In this document: in pieces, positions 38,257 through 47,944 of the stretch
Numbering within the stretch: the first letter of the stretch is position 1
How the letters are laid out: each line of letters begins with the position of its first letter
Assembly: GCA_050944855.1 (NCBI GenBank)
Contig: JBMNRU010000004.1
Span: 22,634-86,633, forward strand
DNA from: Lachnospiraceae bacterium
Lineage (GTDB): Bacteria > Bacillota > Clostridia > Lachnospirales > Lachnospiraceae
Length of the DNA: 64,000 bases
Direction of reading: 5' to 3'
The notes under the pieces: generated by a model
Databases searched by the model: none
Seen by the model: only the letters and a program-made list of their open reading frames with translations
What the model was told of the DNA's origin: nothing
Translations under genes and position numbers: made by a program

Positions 38257-38308
38257 AAAAAAGTAGCGTTTCTGTCCTCCCCGCAGGGAGATGAGAAACG
38301 CTGCGTCT
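38257..38308. terminator. Bidirectional terminator hairpin
   Basis: GCGTTTCT..CTCCC-cgca-GGGAG..AGAAACGC, flanked by AAAAAAG upstream and TCTTTTTT downstream. It serves the minus-strand gene ending at 38312. Confidence 0.6.
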
Positions 38309-38311
38309 TTT

Positions 38312-38812
38312 TTAACTCACTAAATGTCCTAACACGCCATAGCTTACGATCAGCATGATCACAGATGCCATAGCAAGTCCGAGAAGAATGGCCGGCACGG
38401 ACTTCTTAAGGTCCACCTCTAACAGAGAAGCGATCAGAGCTCCCGTCCAGCCTCCCGTTCCGGGAAGGGGAATTCCCACGAAGAGAACCAGCCCCCAAAA
38501 TTCCATCGTTTTAATCTTATCACTTTTTCCCATCGCTCTTTTCTCAAGTTTTTCGATAAGGGGACAGAAAATAGGTACTTTCTTCAGCCATTTAAAAATC
38601 TGTTTAATAAACAACAAAATAAACGGTATGGGGATAATATTTCCGACTACACAGATAATGGTCGCTGTAACGATCGGCACCTTCAGCATAGAAGCCAGCA
38701 GAAGACCGCCGCGAAGTTCCAGAATAGGAACCATGGATACCAGAAAAACTGCCATTTCGGGTGAAAGAAAGCCCGGCATATTTTCATAAAACCACTGTAC
38801 TAATACTTCCAT
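38312..38812 (-). CDS. Small multidrug-export-like membrane protein (COG2426 family)
   Basis: 166 aa, 4-5 TM segments. SMVPILELRGGLLLA and GIPLPGTGGWTGALIA motifs. Confidence 0.75.
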   Translation of the reverse strand: MEVLVQWFYENMPGFLSPEMAVFLVSMVPILELRGGLLLASMLKVPIVTATIICVVGNIIPIPFILLFIKQIFKWLKKVPIFCPLIEKLEKRAMGKSDKIKTMEFWGLVLFVGIPLPGTGGWTGALIASLLEVDLKKSVPAILLGLAMASVIMLIVSYGVLGHLVS

Positions 38813-38829
38813 AATCTCTCCTGTTCTCT

Positions 38830-40020
38830 CTACTCCTGAATATATGTTTCAGCCAGTTTCTGAAAGCCCGGCATGGCATTCATAATCGTCTCATAAGCTA
38901 CGCAGTATGCGATCCTTACATAACCGGGGCAGGCAAAGGAAGAGCCCGGAACAATAAGAATATTGTATTTTTTCGCTTCCTCACAAAATGCCTTTTCATC
39001 CGGAATCGGAGATTTCACAAACAAATAGAAAGCGCCCTCCGGCTTGATGCACTCAAATCCCAGGTCTTTTAATCCATAATATAACGCTTCCCGATTCCTG
39101 TTATAGAATGGCACATCTACCTGTGCGTCCAGACATTTGGCAATGACACGCTGCATCAGTGACGGGGCATTGACATAGCCCAGAATACGGGTTGCCACAT
39201 TGGCCGCTGTCTGCACATCGGCGCTGTCATCTACTTCATCGGGAATGACCAGATAACCAATACGTTCTCCCGGAAGGGACAAAGATTTACTGTAAGAATA
39301 ACCTACAATCGTATTATCATAATATTTGGTCAGATAAGGAACCTCCACTCCATCATATGCCAGCTCACGATATGGTTCATCCGAGATCAGATAAATAGAA
39401 ATTCCCAGCTCTTTCTGTTTTTCTTCCATAATAGAGGCCATTTTTTTGATCGTTTCCTCAGAATATACCACACCGGTAGGATTATTGGGAGAGTTCACGA
39501 TAACTGCTTTTGTCCTTGCTGTAATCTTCTGAGCAAACTCCTCCAGATTTGGCTGGAACGTCTTTGTATCAGGAGAAATCGCTACTACCTTTCCATCATA
39601 ATTAGCCGTATAAGAGTTATATTCACCAAAATATGGAGCAAAGGCGATCACCTCATCACCGGGATTCAATAAGGTTTTTAAAATCACATTCAGCCCACCG
39701 GCAGCACCCACTGTCATTACAATATTGTTCAGATGAAAATGTGTGCCAAATCTCTGATTCAGAGACTGTGCCACTGCTTCCCTTACATCTTCATATCCGG
39801 AATTGGCCATATATCCATGGAGCATAACCGGATCGTCCTCATTCAAAATTTCCAGAATCGCTTCCTTTACTTCTGCGGGAGCCGGTACATTTGGATTTCC
39901 AAGGCTAAAGTCAAATACATTCTCTGCTCCATACTGATCTGCCAATTTCTTTCCTTCTTCAAACATGGCACGGATCACGGAGCTATTCTTTACCAGCCCA
40001 ACCATTCTATCTGCTATCAT
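38830..40020 (-). CDS. PLP-dependent aminotransferase, class I (aspartate/aromatic type)
   Basis: 396 aa. NSPNNPTG and YSYSKSLSLPGERIGY lysine motif. Confidence 0.9.
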   Translation of the reverse strand: MIADRMVGLVKNSSVIRAMFEEGKKLADQYGAENVFDFSLGNPNVPAPAEVKEAILEILNEDDPVMLHGYMANSGYEDVREAVAQSLNQRFGTHFHLNNIVMTVGAAGGLNVILKTLLNPGDEVIAFAPYFGEYNSYTANYDGKVVAISPDTKTFQPNLEEFAQKITARTKAVIVNSPNNPTGVVYSEETIKKMASIMEEKQKELGISIYLISDEPYRELAYDGVEVPYLTKYYDNTIVGYSYSKSLSLPGERIGYLVIPDEVDDSADVQTAANVATRILGYVNAPSLMQRVIAKCLDAQVDVPFYNRNREALYYGLKDLGFECIKPEGAFYLFVKSPIPDEKAFCEEAKKYNILIVPGSSFACPGYVRIAYCVAYETIMNAMPGFQKLAETYIQE

Positions 40021-40100
40021 ATATTCTCATCCTTTCTCTTTTTTGTGCATATTTTGTATCATTATACTCGTATTGTCTCCAAAGGTCAATGCGAGCCATA

Positions 40101-41834
40101 TTACTGAAATGACAGTTCATACAGATTTGCATACAGTCCTTTTTTCTCCATCAGTTCCTGATGCGTGCCTTCTTCTGCAATGCCCTCTTCTGTGAGCACC
40201 AGGATCCGCTTTGCCTTCCGTATGGTACTCAGGCGGTGCGCAATAACAAACGTAGTCCTGTCTTTTGCCAGTTCTTCCAGGGAGGCCTGTACGATCTTCT
40301 CACTCTCATTATCCAACGCGGAGGTCGCCTCGTCAAAAATCAGGATCGGCGGATTCTTCAAAAAGACACGGGCAATGGAAAGTCTCTGTTTTTGTCCGCC
40401 CGAAAGCTTCACACCCCTCTGTCCGATATCCGTGTCATATCCCTGTTCCATACTCATGATAAAGTCATGGGCATTGGCCAGTTTCGCCGCGCGAATGACC
40501 TCCTCATCTGTAGCGTCCGGCTTTCCGTACCGGATATTTTCCATAATCGTGCCTGCAAACAGATATACGTCCTGCTGCACGATTCCAATGTGATGGCGCA
40601 GACTGGCAAGCTGAATATCCCGGATATCCCGTCCATCCAGATAAACAGCGCCGCTGTTCACATCATAAAAGCGGGGAATCAGGCTGCACAGGGTAGTTTT
40701 GCCGGCACCGGAACTTCCCACCAGGGCAACATACTCTCCGGCTTTCACGGTCAGATTTACATTATGGAGTACCTCATCCAGCCCTTCTCCATAGCGGAAG
40801 GATACATGGTCAAACACCACCTCTCCTTTTACATCCGTAAGTACTACTGCATCTTCCTTATCCTTAATATCCGGAGCAATGGCCATAATCTCTAGAAAAC
40901 GCTCATATCCGCTGTAGCCGTTTTGGAACTGCTCTGTAAACGTAACCAGTTTCTTCACCGGATCCGTAAGATTGTTGATGTAAAGAAGAAACGTAACCAG
41001 ATCTGTCACGTCCAGACGCTGCTTCATGATCAGATACGCTCCCACAAGCATAACCGCTATCGTGATCAGCGTGGTAAAAGCTCCCATACCGGCGTTGTAG
41101 GTGCCCATGTACTGATAGCTTTTTCTCTTCGTATCCACAAACCGGGCATTATCCCGGCCGAATTTCCGCATCTCTTCCTTTTCATTTGCAAAAGATTTTA
41201 CCACACGAATTCCGGACAAGCTGTCTTCAATCTGTGTATTCATGTCCGCAATTTTCGCCCGATTCTCTTTAAACGCATTTTTCATTCGCCGATTAAAGAA
41301 AATCGCATAAAAAATCAGAAACGGAGTAAATAAAAATGCAGTCAGAGCAAGTTTCCAGTTGACAAATGCCAGAATGACAAAAGCGCCGACAAACTTAATC
41401 ACTGAGATAACCAGATCCTCCGGTCCATGATGCAGCAATTCACTGATATCAAACAAATCCGAGGTGATTCGGGAAAGGAGATGGCCTACCTTCTGATTAT
41501 CATAAAAAGTAAAAGAAAGCTTCTGATAATGACCGAAAATTTCGTTGCGCATATCATGTTCAATATTTGCTCCCATGATATGTCCGTAATAGGCAATATA
41601 AAAATTGCAGAAGGCCTCCACCAGAACCAGTACGATCATAATCACTCCCAGTTTCACAATGATGGAAAAAGCCTGTTCCATATCCATAAGAATCACCGTA
41701 TTGGTAATATAACGAACGATCAATGGTATAATCAGCGTAATGGCAGCCGCCAGCATGGCAAAAAACATATCTGAGAAAAACAATCCCAGATACGGCTTAT
41801 AATAGGCCGCCAGCCGTTTTAATGTTTCTTTCAT
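40101..41834 (-). CDS. ABC exporter, fused permease/ATPase
   Basis: 577 aa. Walker A GSSGAGKTT, signature LSGGQKQR, Walker B LIFDEATS. The start overlaps the helD stop as ATGA. Confidence 0.9.
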   Translation of the reverse strand: MKETLKRLAAYYKPYLGLFFSDMFFAMLAAAITLIIPLIVRYITNTVILMDMEQAFSIIVKLGVIMIVLVLVEAFCNFYIAYYGHIMGANIEHDMRNEIFGHYQKLSFTFYDNQKVGHLLSRITSDLFDISELLHHGPEDLVISVIKFVGAFVILAFVNWKLALTAFLFTPFLIFYAIFFNRRMKNAFKENRAKIADMNTQIEDSLSGIRVVKSFANEKEEMRKFGRDNARFVDTKRKSYQYMGTYNAGMGAFTTLITIAVMLVGAYLIMKQRLDVTDLVTFLLYINNLTDPVKKLVTFTEQFQNGYSGYERFLEIMAIAPDIKDKEDAVVLTDVKGEVVFDHVSFRYGEGLDEVLHNVNLTVKAGEYVALVGSSGAGKTTLCSLIPRFYDVNSGAVYLDGRDIRDIQLASLRHHIGIVQQDVYLFAGTIMENIRYGKPDATDEEVIRAAKLANAHDFIMSMEQGYDTDIGQRGVKLSGGQKQRLSIARVFLKNPPILIFDEATSALDNESEKIVQASLEELAKDRTTFVIAHRLSTIRKAKRILVLTEEGIAEEGTHQELMEKKGLYANLYELSFQ

Positions 41835-43894
41835 TTCTCCTCACCATTCCTTAACATCTCATTTTGTATCTGTTTCAAATCGTATACATATAATTCATGC
41901 AGGGCTCTTGTAGCGCAAATATATCGAAACTGCCCAAACAGCGGACTTTCTTTTCTTCCGCCTACCACAAACACCTGGTCAAATTCCAGCCCCTTTGCCA
42001 TGTAAAAGGTGGTCACTGTGATTCCCTTCCGGAAACTGGAGCTGTCACGATCCACATAAAAAACATCCTCCCGTTCCTTTGCAAGGCGACGGTACCAGTC
42101 CCGTGCTTCCCGTTCCGTCATCACAAGCACAGCCGCTGTCTCATACCCTTCCGCATCCAGGGCGATCCGTTTCCTTATACTCTCCTGCACCTCTGCTGCA
42201 GAAGCACAGACTATTTCCTCCACTTCTTTTCCATGACGTTCCAGGTACTCTATTTCCGTAACACCTGTGATTTTCTCCGCATAGGCAGAAATCTCGGCTG
42301 TATTGCGATAACTCTTGTTCATCTGGATACAGCGCACTTGTTTTCCAAAAATCCGAGGTAAAAACGTCAGTACGTCCTGCATATGCTTATCCACAGTCTG
42401 TGCCCGATCCCCCAGGATCGTCATATTACAGGAAAACATACTCTCCAGGATCACATACTGCAGATAAGAATAATCCTGCATCTCATCAATGACCAGATGA
42501 CGAATCCTCTTATGGGAATTCACAGAGCCCAGACGATACTTGAGATACAACATGGGATAAACATCTTCATATCTAAGTCTTCGTTTTTCCCTCGGTACAT
42601 CCGGCAGGCAGGGCCAGCCATTGTCCTGTAAAAACCAATTATAAATCTCATATAAGTCCGTAGAAACATACAAACTTCGATACTTTTCCCGGATCCGTTC
42701 CTTTTCTTCTTCCGGAATATCTCTGCCATACAAAGTCTCATATTCATCCACATGATACTCCATAACAGCATCCATGCGGGACAGCAAAGGGATCTCCTGG
42801 AATTTGAAATAAAACATTTCCAGAATCTCCTCCGCGGTCATTTTCATCTCCCGGTACGTTACATCAGCAAATTCTACCAGACGATCCTCCAGCTCCGCCA
42901 GAAAGCCTTCTGCCGCACAAACATATTCTCTGGACTGTTTCCAGCGATATCGTTCTTCGGCCTTTGCATCTTCATCTGCAATCTGACGCTCAATCTGATC
43001 CCAACGATCCTCACAATCGTATACCACACCCTGTAATTCCCGGTATGCAAACAGATCAAAGCTGATCTCCTGAATGGGTTCCTCTCCCAATTCCGGCAAA
43101 ACATGGGAAATATAATCTGAAAAAACACTGTTCGGGGATAAAATCAATATATTGGAAGACTTCAAATGCTCCCTGTCATGATACAAAAGATAGGCGATCC
43201 TGTGCAGGGCAATGGAGGTCTTCCCGCTGCCGGCTGCCCCCTGGATTACCAGAATCTTATCCCTGGTGTTCCGGATAATCGTATTCTGTTCCTTCTGAAT
43301 GGTGCGAATAATACTTTTCAGCTGCGTATCACTGCTGCCGCTTAACTCCTGTTTTAATATATCATCATCAATCTTCGTGTCACTTTCGAATTCATAAATC
43401 ATCCTGCCGCCCCGGATCTTATACTGCCACTTAGACAGAATTTCCCCATACATAGTACCGGCAGGAGCCTCATAAGAAGCATCTCCCTTATCATAATCAT
43501 AAAAAAGGCTGCTCACCGGAGCTCTCCAGTCAAAAATAAGGGGAACATTTCCCCGTTTCTCTGAAAAATTCCCCACACCGATGTAAAATCGCTCCGCCTG
43601 TTCTTCTCCCTCATAAACAAAATCAATACTTCCAAAAAAAGGAGAATCCATCATCTTTTTCAACTTCCGCAGCTGAAGCTGCTGATCCTGGCGGACATTT
43701 ACCTGCATCAGGAGCGCCTGCTGATTATCGAAATTCTCATATCCATACTGGTCCATCTCCGTATAATTTTCCCAGTAATATTCATTCATATCGACAATAT
43801 CCTGCTGCGTTTCCTGCAAAGATCCCACGATCTCATCTATTTTCAATTTTATCTTTTCTGTAACTGCATAGAGAAATTCAGTTCCTCTGCTCAT
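41831..43894 (-). CDS. helD: HelD-type (helicase IV-like) RNA polymerase-associated UvrD-family ATPase
   Basis: 687 aa. HelD-like N-terminal region (FFGSIDF..ERFYIGVGNF......IFDWRAPVSSLFYD), Walker A VIQGAAGSGKTS, and C-terminal UvrD motifs (YICATRALHELYV). Confidence 0.85.
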   Translation of the reverse strand: MSRGTEFLYAVTEKIKLKIDEIVGSLQETQQDIVDMNEYYWENYTEMDQYGYENFDNQQALLMQVNVRQDQQLQLRKLKKMMDSPFFGSIDFVYEGEEQAERFYIGVGNFSEKRGNVPLIFDWRAPVSSLFYDYDKGDASYEAPAGTMYGEILSKWQYKIRGGRMIYEFESDTKIDDDILKQELSGSSDTQLKSIIRTIQKEQNTIIRNTRDKILVIQGAAGSGKTSIALHRIAYLLYHDREHLKSSNILILSPNSVFSDYISHVLPELGEEPIQEISFDLFAYRELQGVVYDCEDRWDQIERQIADEDAKAEERYRWKQSREYVCAAEGFLAELEDRLVEFADVTYREMKMTAEEILEMFYFKFQEIPLLSRMDAVMEYHVDEYETLYGRDIPEEEKERIREKYRSLYVSTDLYEIYNWFLQDNGWPCLPDVPREKRRLRYEDVYPMLYLKYRLGSVNSHKRIRHLVIDEMQDYSYLQYVILESMFSCNMTILGDRAQTVDKHMQDVLTFLPRIFGKQVRCIQMNKSYRNTAEISAYAEKITGVTEIEYLERHGKEVEEIVCASAAEVQESIRKRIALDAEGYETAAVLVMTEREARDWYRRLAKEREDVFYVDRDSSSFRKGITVTTFYMAKGLEFDQVFVVGGRKESPLFGQFRYICATRALHELYVYDLKQIQNEMLRNGEEK

Positions 43895-44030
43895 ATCATC
43901 TCGCCTTTCTGTTCTGCCATCCCTATACTATAGGATCGAGAAACTATTTATTATTCTAACACGAGATAAGGACTTTGAACACCTAAAACTGAAAAAGAAA
44001 CATATGCTTCCATCGCAAAAATCGGATATA

Positions 44031-44750
44031 TCATTGCAGCGTATCTAAATATTCTTCCAGACAAATATCGTTCTCATATATTTCTTTTGCTGCCTTTTTC
44101 CCTACATAGCGATAATGCCAGGGTTCATAGCAGATTCCGGTAATTTCACTCTTATCGCTGGGATAGCGAAGAATGAAACCATATTTATAAGAATTTTCCA
44201 TAAGCCATTTCTGTTCCTCTGTGTTTTCCTGCTTTTTATCTAACAACTGATAATCCAGAGCGACAATATCCACAGCCAATCCCGTCTGATGCTCGCTGGT
44301 ACCTGGATATGCCACCCATTTCGCCGCCATTGCTTCTGCCTCCTCCCGGGAATATCCCTGGCTGGAATAATCATTTACCTCATCTTGATATAAGTCCTGC
44401 TGTTTTTCCTCAGTTCTGTAGGAAGAACAGATAATAGGCGATAACCCATCCTTTTTGGCCGCATCCATCATGGCCTGCAGGTCCGAATAGATCCGTTCAT
44501 CCACCGCCTGTCCGTTCTCTGCCTCCTGCAATTTTACAGAAAACCCTTCCGGCAGTTTATTCCAGGCATTTACCAGCAGCAGATTCCAATCATCACTTGT
44601 CACCTCTTTTTCCTGTGTCTCTTCCAGGATAATAAGATTAGGCTGTTCCTCTCTGATCTGCACGTCTGCATAGAGAACGCCACCATACAGCGCACCGCTG
44701 ACTGCTACAATACCACATAATACCATTCCACAAAACAGTTTCCATTTCAT
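44031..44750 (-). CDS. VanY-type D-alanyl-D-alanine carboxypeptidase (peptidase M15B)
   Basis: 239 aa. N-terminal TM, zinc ligand motifs SEHQTGLAVD and EPWHYRYVG. Confidence 0.85.
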   Translation of the reverse strand: MKWKLFCGMVLCGIVAVSGALYGGVLYADVQIREEQPNLIILEETQEKEVTSDDWNLLLVNAWNKLPEGFSVKLQEAENGQAVDERIYSDLQAMMDAAKKDGLSPIICSSYRTEEKQQDLYQDEVNDYSSQGYSREEAEAMAAKWVAYPGTSEHQTGLAVDIVALDYQLLDKKQENTEEQKWLMENSYKYGFILRYPSDKSEITGICYEPWHYRYVGKKAAKEIYENDICLEEYLDTLQ

Positions 44751-44761
44751 AATCGTCCTCC

Positions 44762-44810
44762 TAAAAAATAAAGCATTTATTTCATAGAAAATTCTACAAA
44801 ATAAATGCTT
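44762..44810 (-). terminator. Hairpin between the two-component operon and the VanY-type gene
   Basis: AAGCATTTATTT-15 nt-AAATAAATGCTT is a 12-bp stem, followed on the minus strand by TATTTTTTAG. The RBS and ATG of the VanY gene come immediately after. Confidence 0.6.
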
Positions 44811-44825
44811 CTTTTTAGATACAGG

Positions 44826-44844
44826 GTTGTATCACAGTTGTATC
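44826..44844 (-). promoter_or_regulatory. Direct repeat GATACAAC-n3-GATACAAC (11-bp period), candidate response-regulator site
   Basis: On the minus strand, GATACAACTGTGATACAACC overlaps the stop codon of the 283-aa gene, upstream of the VanY-type gene. The same hexamer and period recur at 47819-47835. Confidence 0.35.
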
Positions 44845-45694
44845 ATTTGTCTAAAATCGTATCATATTGTGTGGACGCCATATTATCATGATCCGTAATA
44901 AGGGACAAACTAAATACCCGGCTCAGCGTATCCTGGAAGGATTCCCCGTCATACACAGTATAGGGTTTATCACTGTCGGAATAATTCAGCTGATAAGAAT
45001 TCTCCTGCCCGGTCTTTTTGTTAACAGAAATAGGATATAAATAGAGACGGTACTTCCCATAATAACCAATGGTTTCAAAAACATCCTCCGGATCTTCCTC
45101 TCCTTTTGAAAAGGTATACAGGTAATCTAAAAATTCCTCCGGAAAAATTTCTGACTGATAAAGTTCAGAGAGACCGTATTTATGAAGAATATTGATATCA
45201 TATATGGCAGAAATATCCGAATCCATATAGACACACAGATAAAAATCCGGATACTCGGCATAAATTACCCAGACGCGAACCGCCAGTTCTGGATAAGATT
45301 CGTCCGGCATATAAGTTTCTTTCAGAGCAAATGATTGCATGGCTCCGGAAAATGACAGTTCCGGAAGCATTCCCATGCTCTGCATTGTGATCAGCTGCTC
45401 TTCCATGGTATATAATAGTTCTTCCTTCTCTATTGCTTCTGTCTCCAGATCCGTAAATGCCGCCGCCCGCGTCACAGCAACAGAATTTTTGATGATCTTG
45501 ATCCGATCCCATATCGTATACTCTTTGGCAGTTTCTTCCCCATCATCAAAGAGCTCCTTCTCCACCGGATATGAAACCATTTTATCCAGTAAATATTTGT
45601 CCTTATATTCCATAAAAATATCAGAAGTCCAGATAAATGCGAACAATATTCCAAACAATACGATAATTTTTATACTTTGTCTGCGCCTGTTCAT
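44843..45694 (-). CDS. Membrane-anchored protein of unknown function, last gene of the two-component operon
   Basis: 283 aa. N-terminal TM (IKIIVLFGILFAFIW) and an acidic, Tyr-rich extracytoplasmic part. 4-nt overlap with the kinase gene. Confidence 0.6.
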   Translation of the reverse strand: MNRRRQSIKIIVLFGILFAFIWTSDIFMEYKDKYLLDKMVSYPVEKELFDDGEETAKEYTIWDRIKIIKNSVAVTRAAAFTDLETEAIEKEELLYTMEEQLITMQSMGMLPELSFSGAMQSFALKETYMPDESYPELAVRVWVIYAEYPDFYLCVYMDSDISAIYDINILHKYGLSELYQSEIFPEEFLDYLYTFSKGEEDPEDVFETIGYYGKYRLYLYPISVNKKTGQENSYQLNYSDSDKPYTVYDGESFQDTLSRVFSLSLITDHDNMASTQYDTILDK

Positions 45695-47124
45695 GTTCCA
45701 TTCTCCTCCATAGTGATCGTTACCGCAGTGCCTACATGCAAGGTACTTTCGAATGAAATGGAAAATTCATGAAGCATCAGTATTTCATTACAGATAGCAA
45801 GGCCCAGTCCTGCACCTCCCTGCTTTCTCGATCTGGATTTGTCTATCCGATAAAAAGCATCTGTGATTTTCTCCAGCTCGGTTTTCTCCATACCCATTCC
45901 GGAGTCCTGAATCGTTACCATATATTGATCCGCCTGTTTCCTGCCCCGGATTATGATCGTACCGCCTCGCTCCATGGACTTTCTGGCATTGTCCGCGATA
46001 TTAATGAACACCGTCTTCATCAATTCCGTTTCCATCGGGATGACTGCCTGCTCCACATCATAGACCAATTCTATGTGTGCAGCAATAAGCTGAGGCATGA
46101 TCACTGCTCTGACCTCATCTAAAACTGCCTTAACAGAAACCGGTTCCAGATGGATCTCATGCTTTTTTAATACGATCAGATCCAAAAGCCGCATGGATAA
46201 CCTTTCCAGGCGCTTTCCTTCCGTAAAAATATATTCCGCACAAATATGCCGCTTTTCTGCATCCATTTCTTTCCGTCTCAGCAAATCGGAATAGCCAATA
46301 ATAGAGGTAAGCGGCGTTTTCAATTCATGGGAAAAAGAACCTACAAACAATTCTTTCCGTTCTGCCTCCTCCTGCAGTTCATGGATTTTCTCTTCCAAAT
46401 GATCTGCCATCTGATTAAAATTCTCGGAAAGCAGGGTGATCTCATCATTTCCCCGCACTGCAGCACGTTCACTCAGATTTCCGTCGGAAATAATTTTGGT
46501 AATTGCTGTCAGGGCAGTAATACGGCGCAGTAACAGCTTGGAAATTGCAAAAGTAAGAACACCTGCAAATACAATCATTCCTGCCAGGATTTTTATCATG
46601 ATCCCATACTGATATTTCTGATCTGCAAAAATATGCGTTACATCCCGAACAATCTCAATATAAAACAGATTATCCAAACAAATGACCGGGCGCATAATCT
46701 GAATATATGTCTTTTGATCCTCTTCTTTCAACATCCATCCTGCACTGTCAGAATCTAAAGAAGAGAGTATCGTTTTATCCAAATCCACATTTAAAGAGGA
46801 AAAAATCACATTTTGATTTTCATCCAGAATACCAAATGTAATTTTCTGATTCATAGCGCTGATGCTGATGGAGCGTACACTTTGCGAAACTGCGCTTTCT
46901 ATCTCACTGGCAGCATCGGCTGATATGGCAAATCCCCGCTGCCTTACATCCTGAAATTCATTGGACAGAGAATAATACACGATCTCTCCATAATCCTGTG
47001 CGATTTTTACCTCACTGTCCAGCTGTGAGTGAAAATTAGCGTTGATCATAAGATATCCGCTTAATATGACACTGATCACACTGATAAACATGGTAGTAAA
47101 AAACACTTTCCAGAAAAACTTCAC
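45691..47124 (-). CDS. Sensor histidine kinase (two TM, HAMP, HisKA, HATPase)
   Basis: 477 aa. H-box SHELKTPLTSIIGY, N-box ADNARKS, and G-box GGAGLGLAIC. Confidence 0.9.
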   Translation of the reverse strand: MKFFWKVFFTTMFISVISVILSGYLMINANFHSQLDSEVKIAQDYGEIVYYSLSNEFQDVRQRGFAISADAASEIESAVSQSVRSISISAMNQKITFGILDENQNVIFSSLNVDLDKTILSSLDSDSAGWMLKEEDQKTYIQIMRPVICLDNLFYIEIVRDVTHIFADQKYQYGIMIKILAGMIVFAGVLTFAISKLLLRRITALTAITKIISDGNLSERAAVRGNDEITLLSENFNQMADHLEEKIHELQEEAERKELFVGSFSHELKTPLTSIIGYSDLLRRKEMDAEKRHICAEYIFTEGKRLERLSMRLLDLIVLKKHEIHLEPVSVKAVLDEVRAVIMPQLIAAHIELVYDVEQAVIPMETELMKTVFINIADNARKSMERGGTIIIRGRKQADQYMVTIQDSGMGMEKTELEKITDAFYRIDKSRSRKQGGAGLGLAICNEILMLHEFSISFESTLHVGTAVTITMEENGT

Positions 47125-47780
47125 GGCTGCACCTCCAGACGGTAACCGATCTTATATACCGAGACAAGAATATTCTCCAGCGACAGTTTTTTTCTCAGAC
47201 GCTGCACGTGAAGGTCCACGGTACGACTGTCGCCCAACTGATCACTGCCCCATACCTGTGCATAAATTTGCGTGCGGTATAGGGCTTTATTTTTATTTCT
47301 GGCAAAATAAAGGAGCAGATCAAATTCCTTGGCTGTTAAATTTACCGGTGTGCCCTGCTTTGTCACGATCCGGGACTCCGTATCAATCCTCACATCGCAA
47401 AAGTCAATCACTTTTACCGCTTTATGAAAACGCCGCAAAACTCTTTCCACTCTTGCTAAAAGTTCCATAACTTCAAAAGGTTTGGTGATATAATCCTCCG
47501 CCCCCGCTCTTAACCCCTTCACTTTATCATTCACATCTGCTTTGGCGGTCAGAAAAATAACCGGTGTCTGATAAAAACGGATATAATCCATCAATTCATA
47601 ACCGCCGATCCGGGGCAGCATAACATCCAGCAAAATCAGGTCAAAGGTTTCTTTTTCTATCTTATCGGCGGCTTCCTGCCCGTCATATGCGCAAACACAG
47701 TGATATCCCTCGTCCAACAGACTCATCTTAATTAAATCCGAAATGGATTTTTCATCTTCCACAATTAAAATTTTAATCAT
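47121..47780 (-). CDS. OmpR/PhoB-family response regulator
   Basis: 219 aa. Receiver domain (LILLDVMLPRIGG, LTAKADVNDKVKGLRAGAEDYITKPF) plus winged helix (VDLHVQRLRKKL). Confidence 0.92.
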   Translation of the reverse strand: MIKILIVEDEKSISDLIKMSLLDEGYHCVCAYDGQEAADKIEKETFDLILLDVMLPRIGGYELMDYIRFYQTPVIFLTAKADVNDKVKGLRAGAEDYITKPFEVMELLARVERVLRRFHKAVKVIDFCDVRIDTESRIVTKQGTPVNLTAKEFDLLLYFARNKNKALYRTQIYAQVWGSDQLGDSRTVDLHVQRLRKKLSLENILVSVYKIGYRLEVQP

Positions 47781-47818
47781 TTATCTTTCCCTCCTATATC
47801 TAAAATATAACACAAACA

Positions 47819-47856
47819 TGTATCGAAATTGTATCCTCCCGGAGGGTTTTTGTATC
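47819..47856 (-). promoter_or_regulatory. Three GATACA boxes upstream of the response-regulator gene (two at 11-bp period)
   Basis: On the minus strand, GATACA(47856)-n15-GATACAatttcGATACA(47819), then 9 nt and TATATT (47809-47804), then the AGGAGGG RBS. Confidence 0.35.
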
Positions 47857-47880
47857 ATGAAAAGCAAAGTTTCCATGATG

Positions 47881-47916
47881 CAAAAAATGACCGAAAGCAT
47901 AAAACAGCTTTCGGCC
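47881..47916 (-). terminator. Intrinsic terminator after metF
   Basis: On the minus strand, GGCCGAAAGC-tgttttat-GCTTTCGGTC is followed by ATTTTTTG. Confidence 0.7.
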
Positions 47917-47944
47917 ACTTAACATAAGGCAAATTACTATATTC

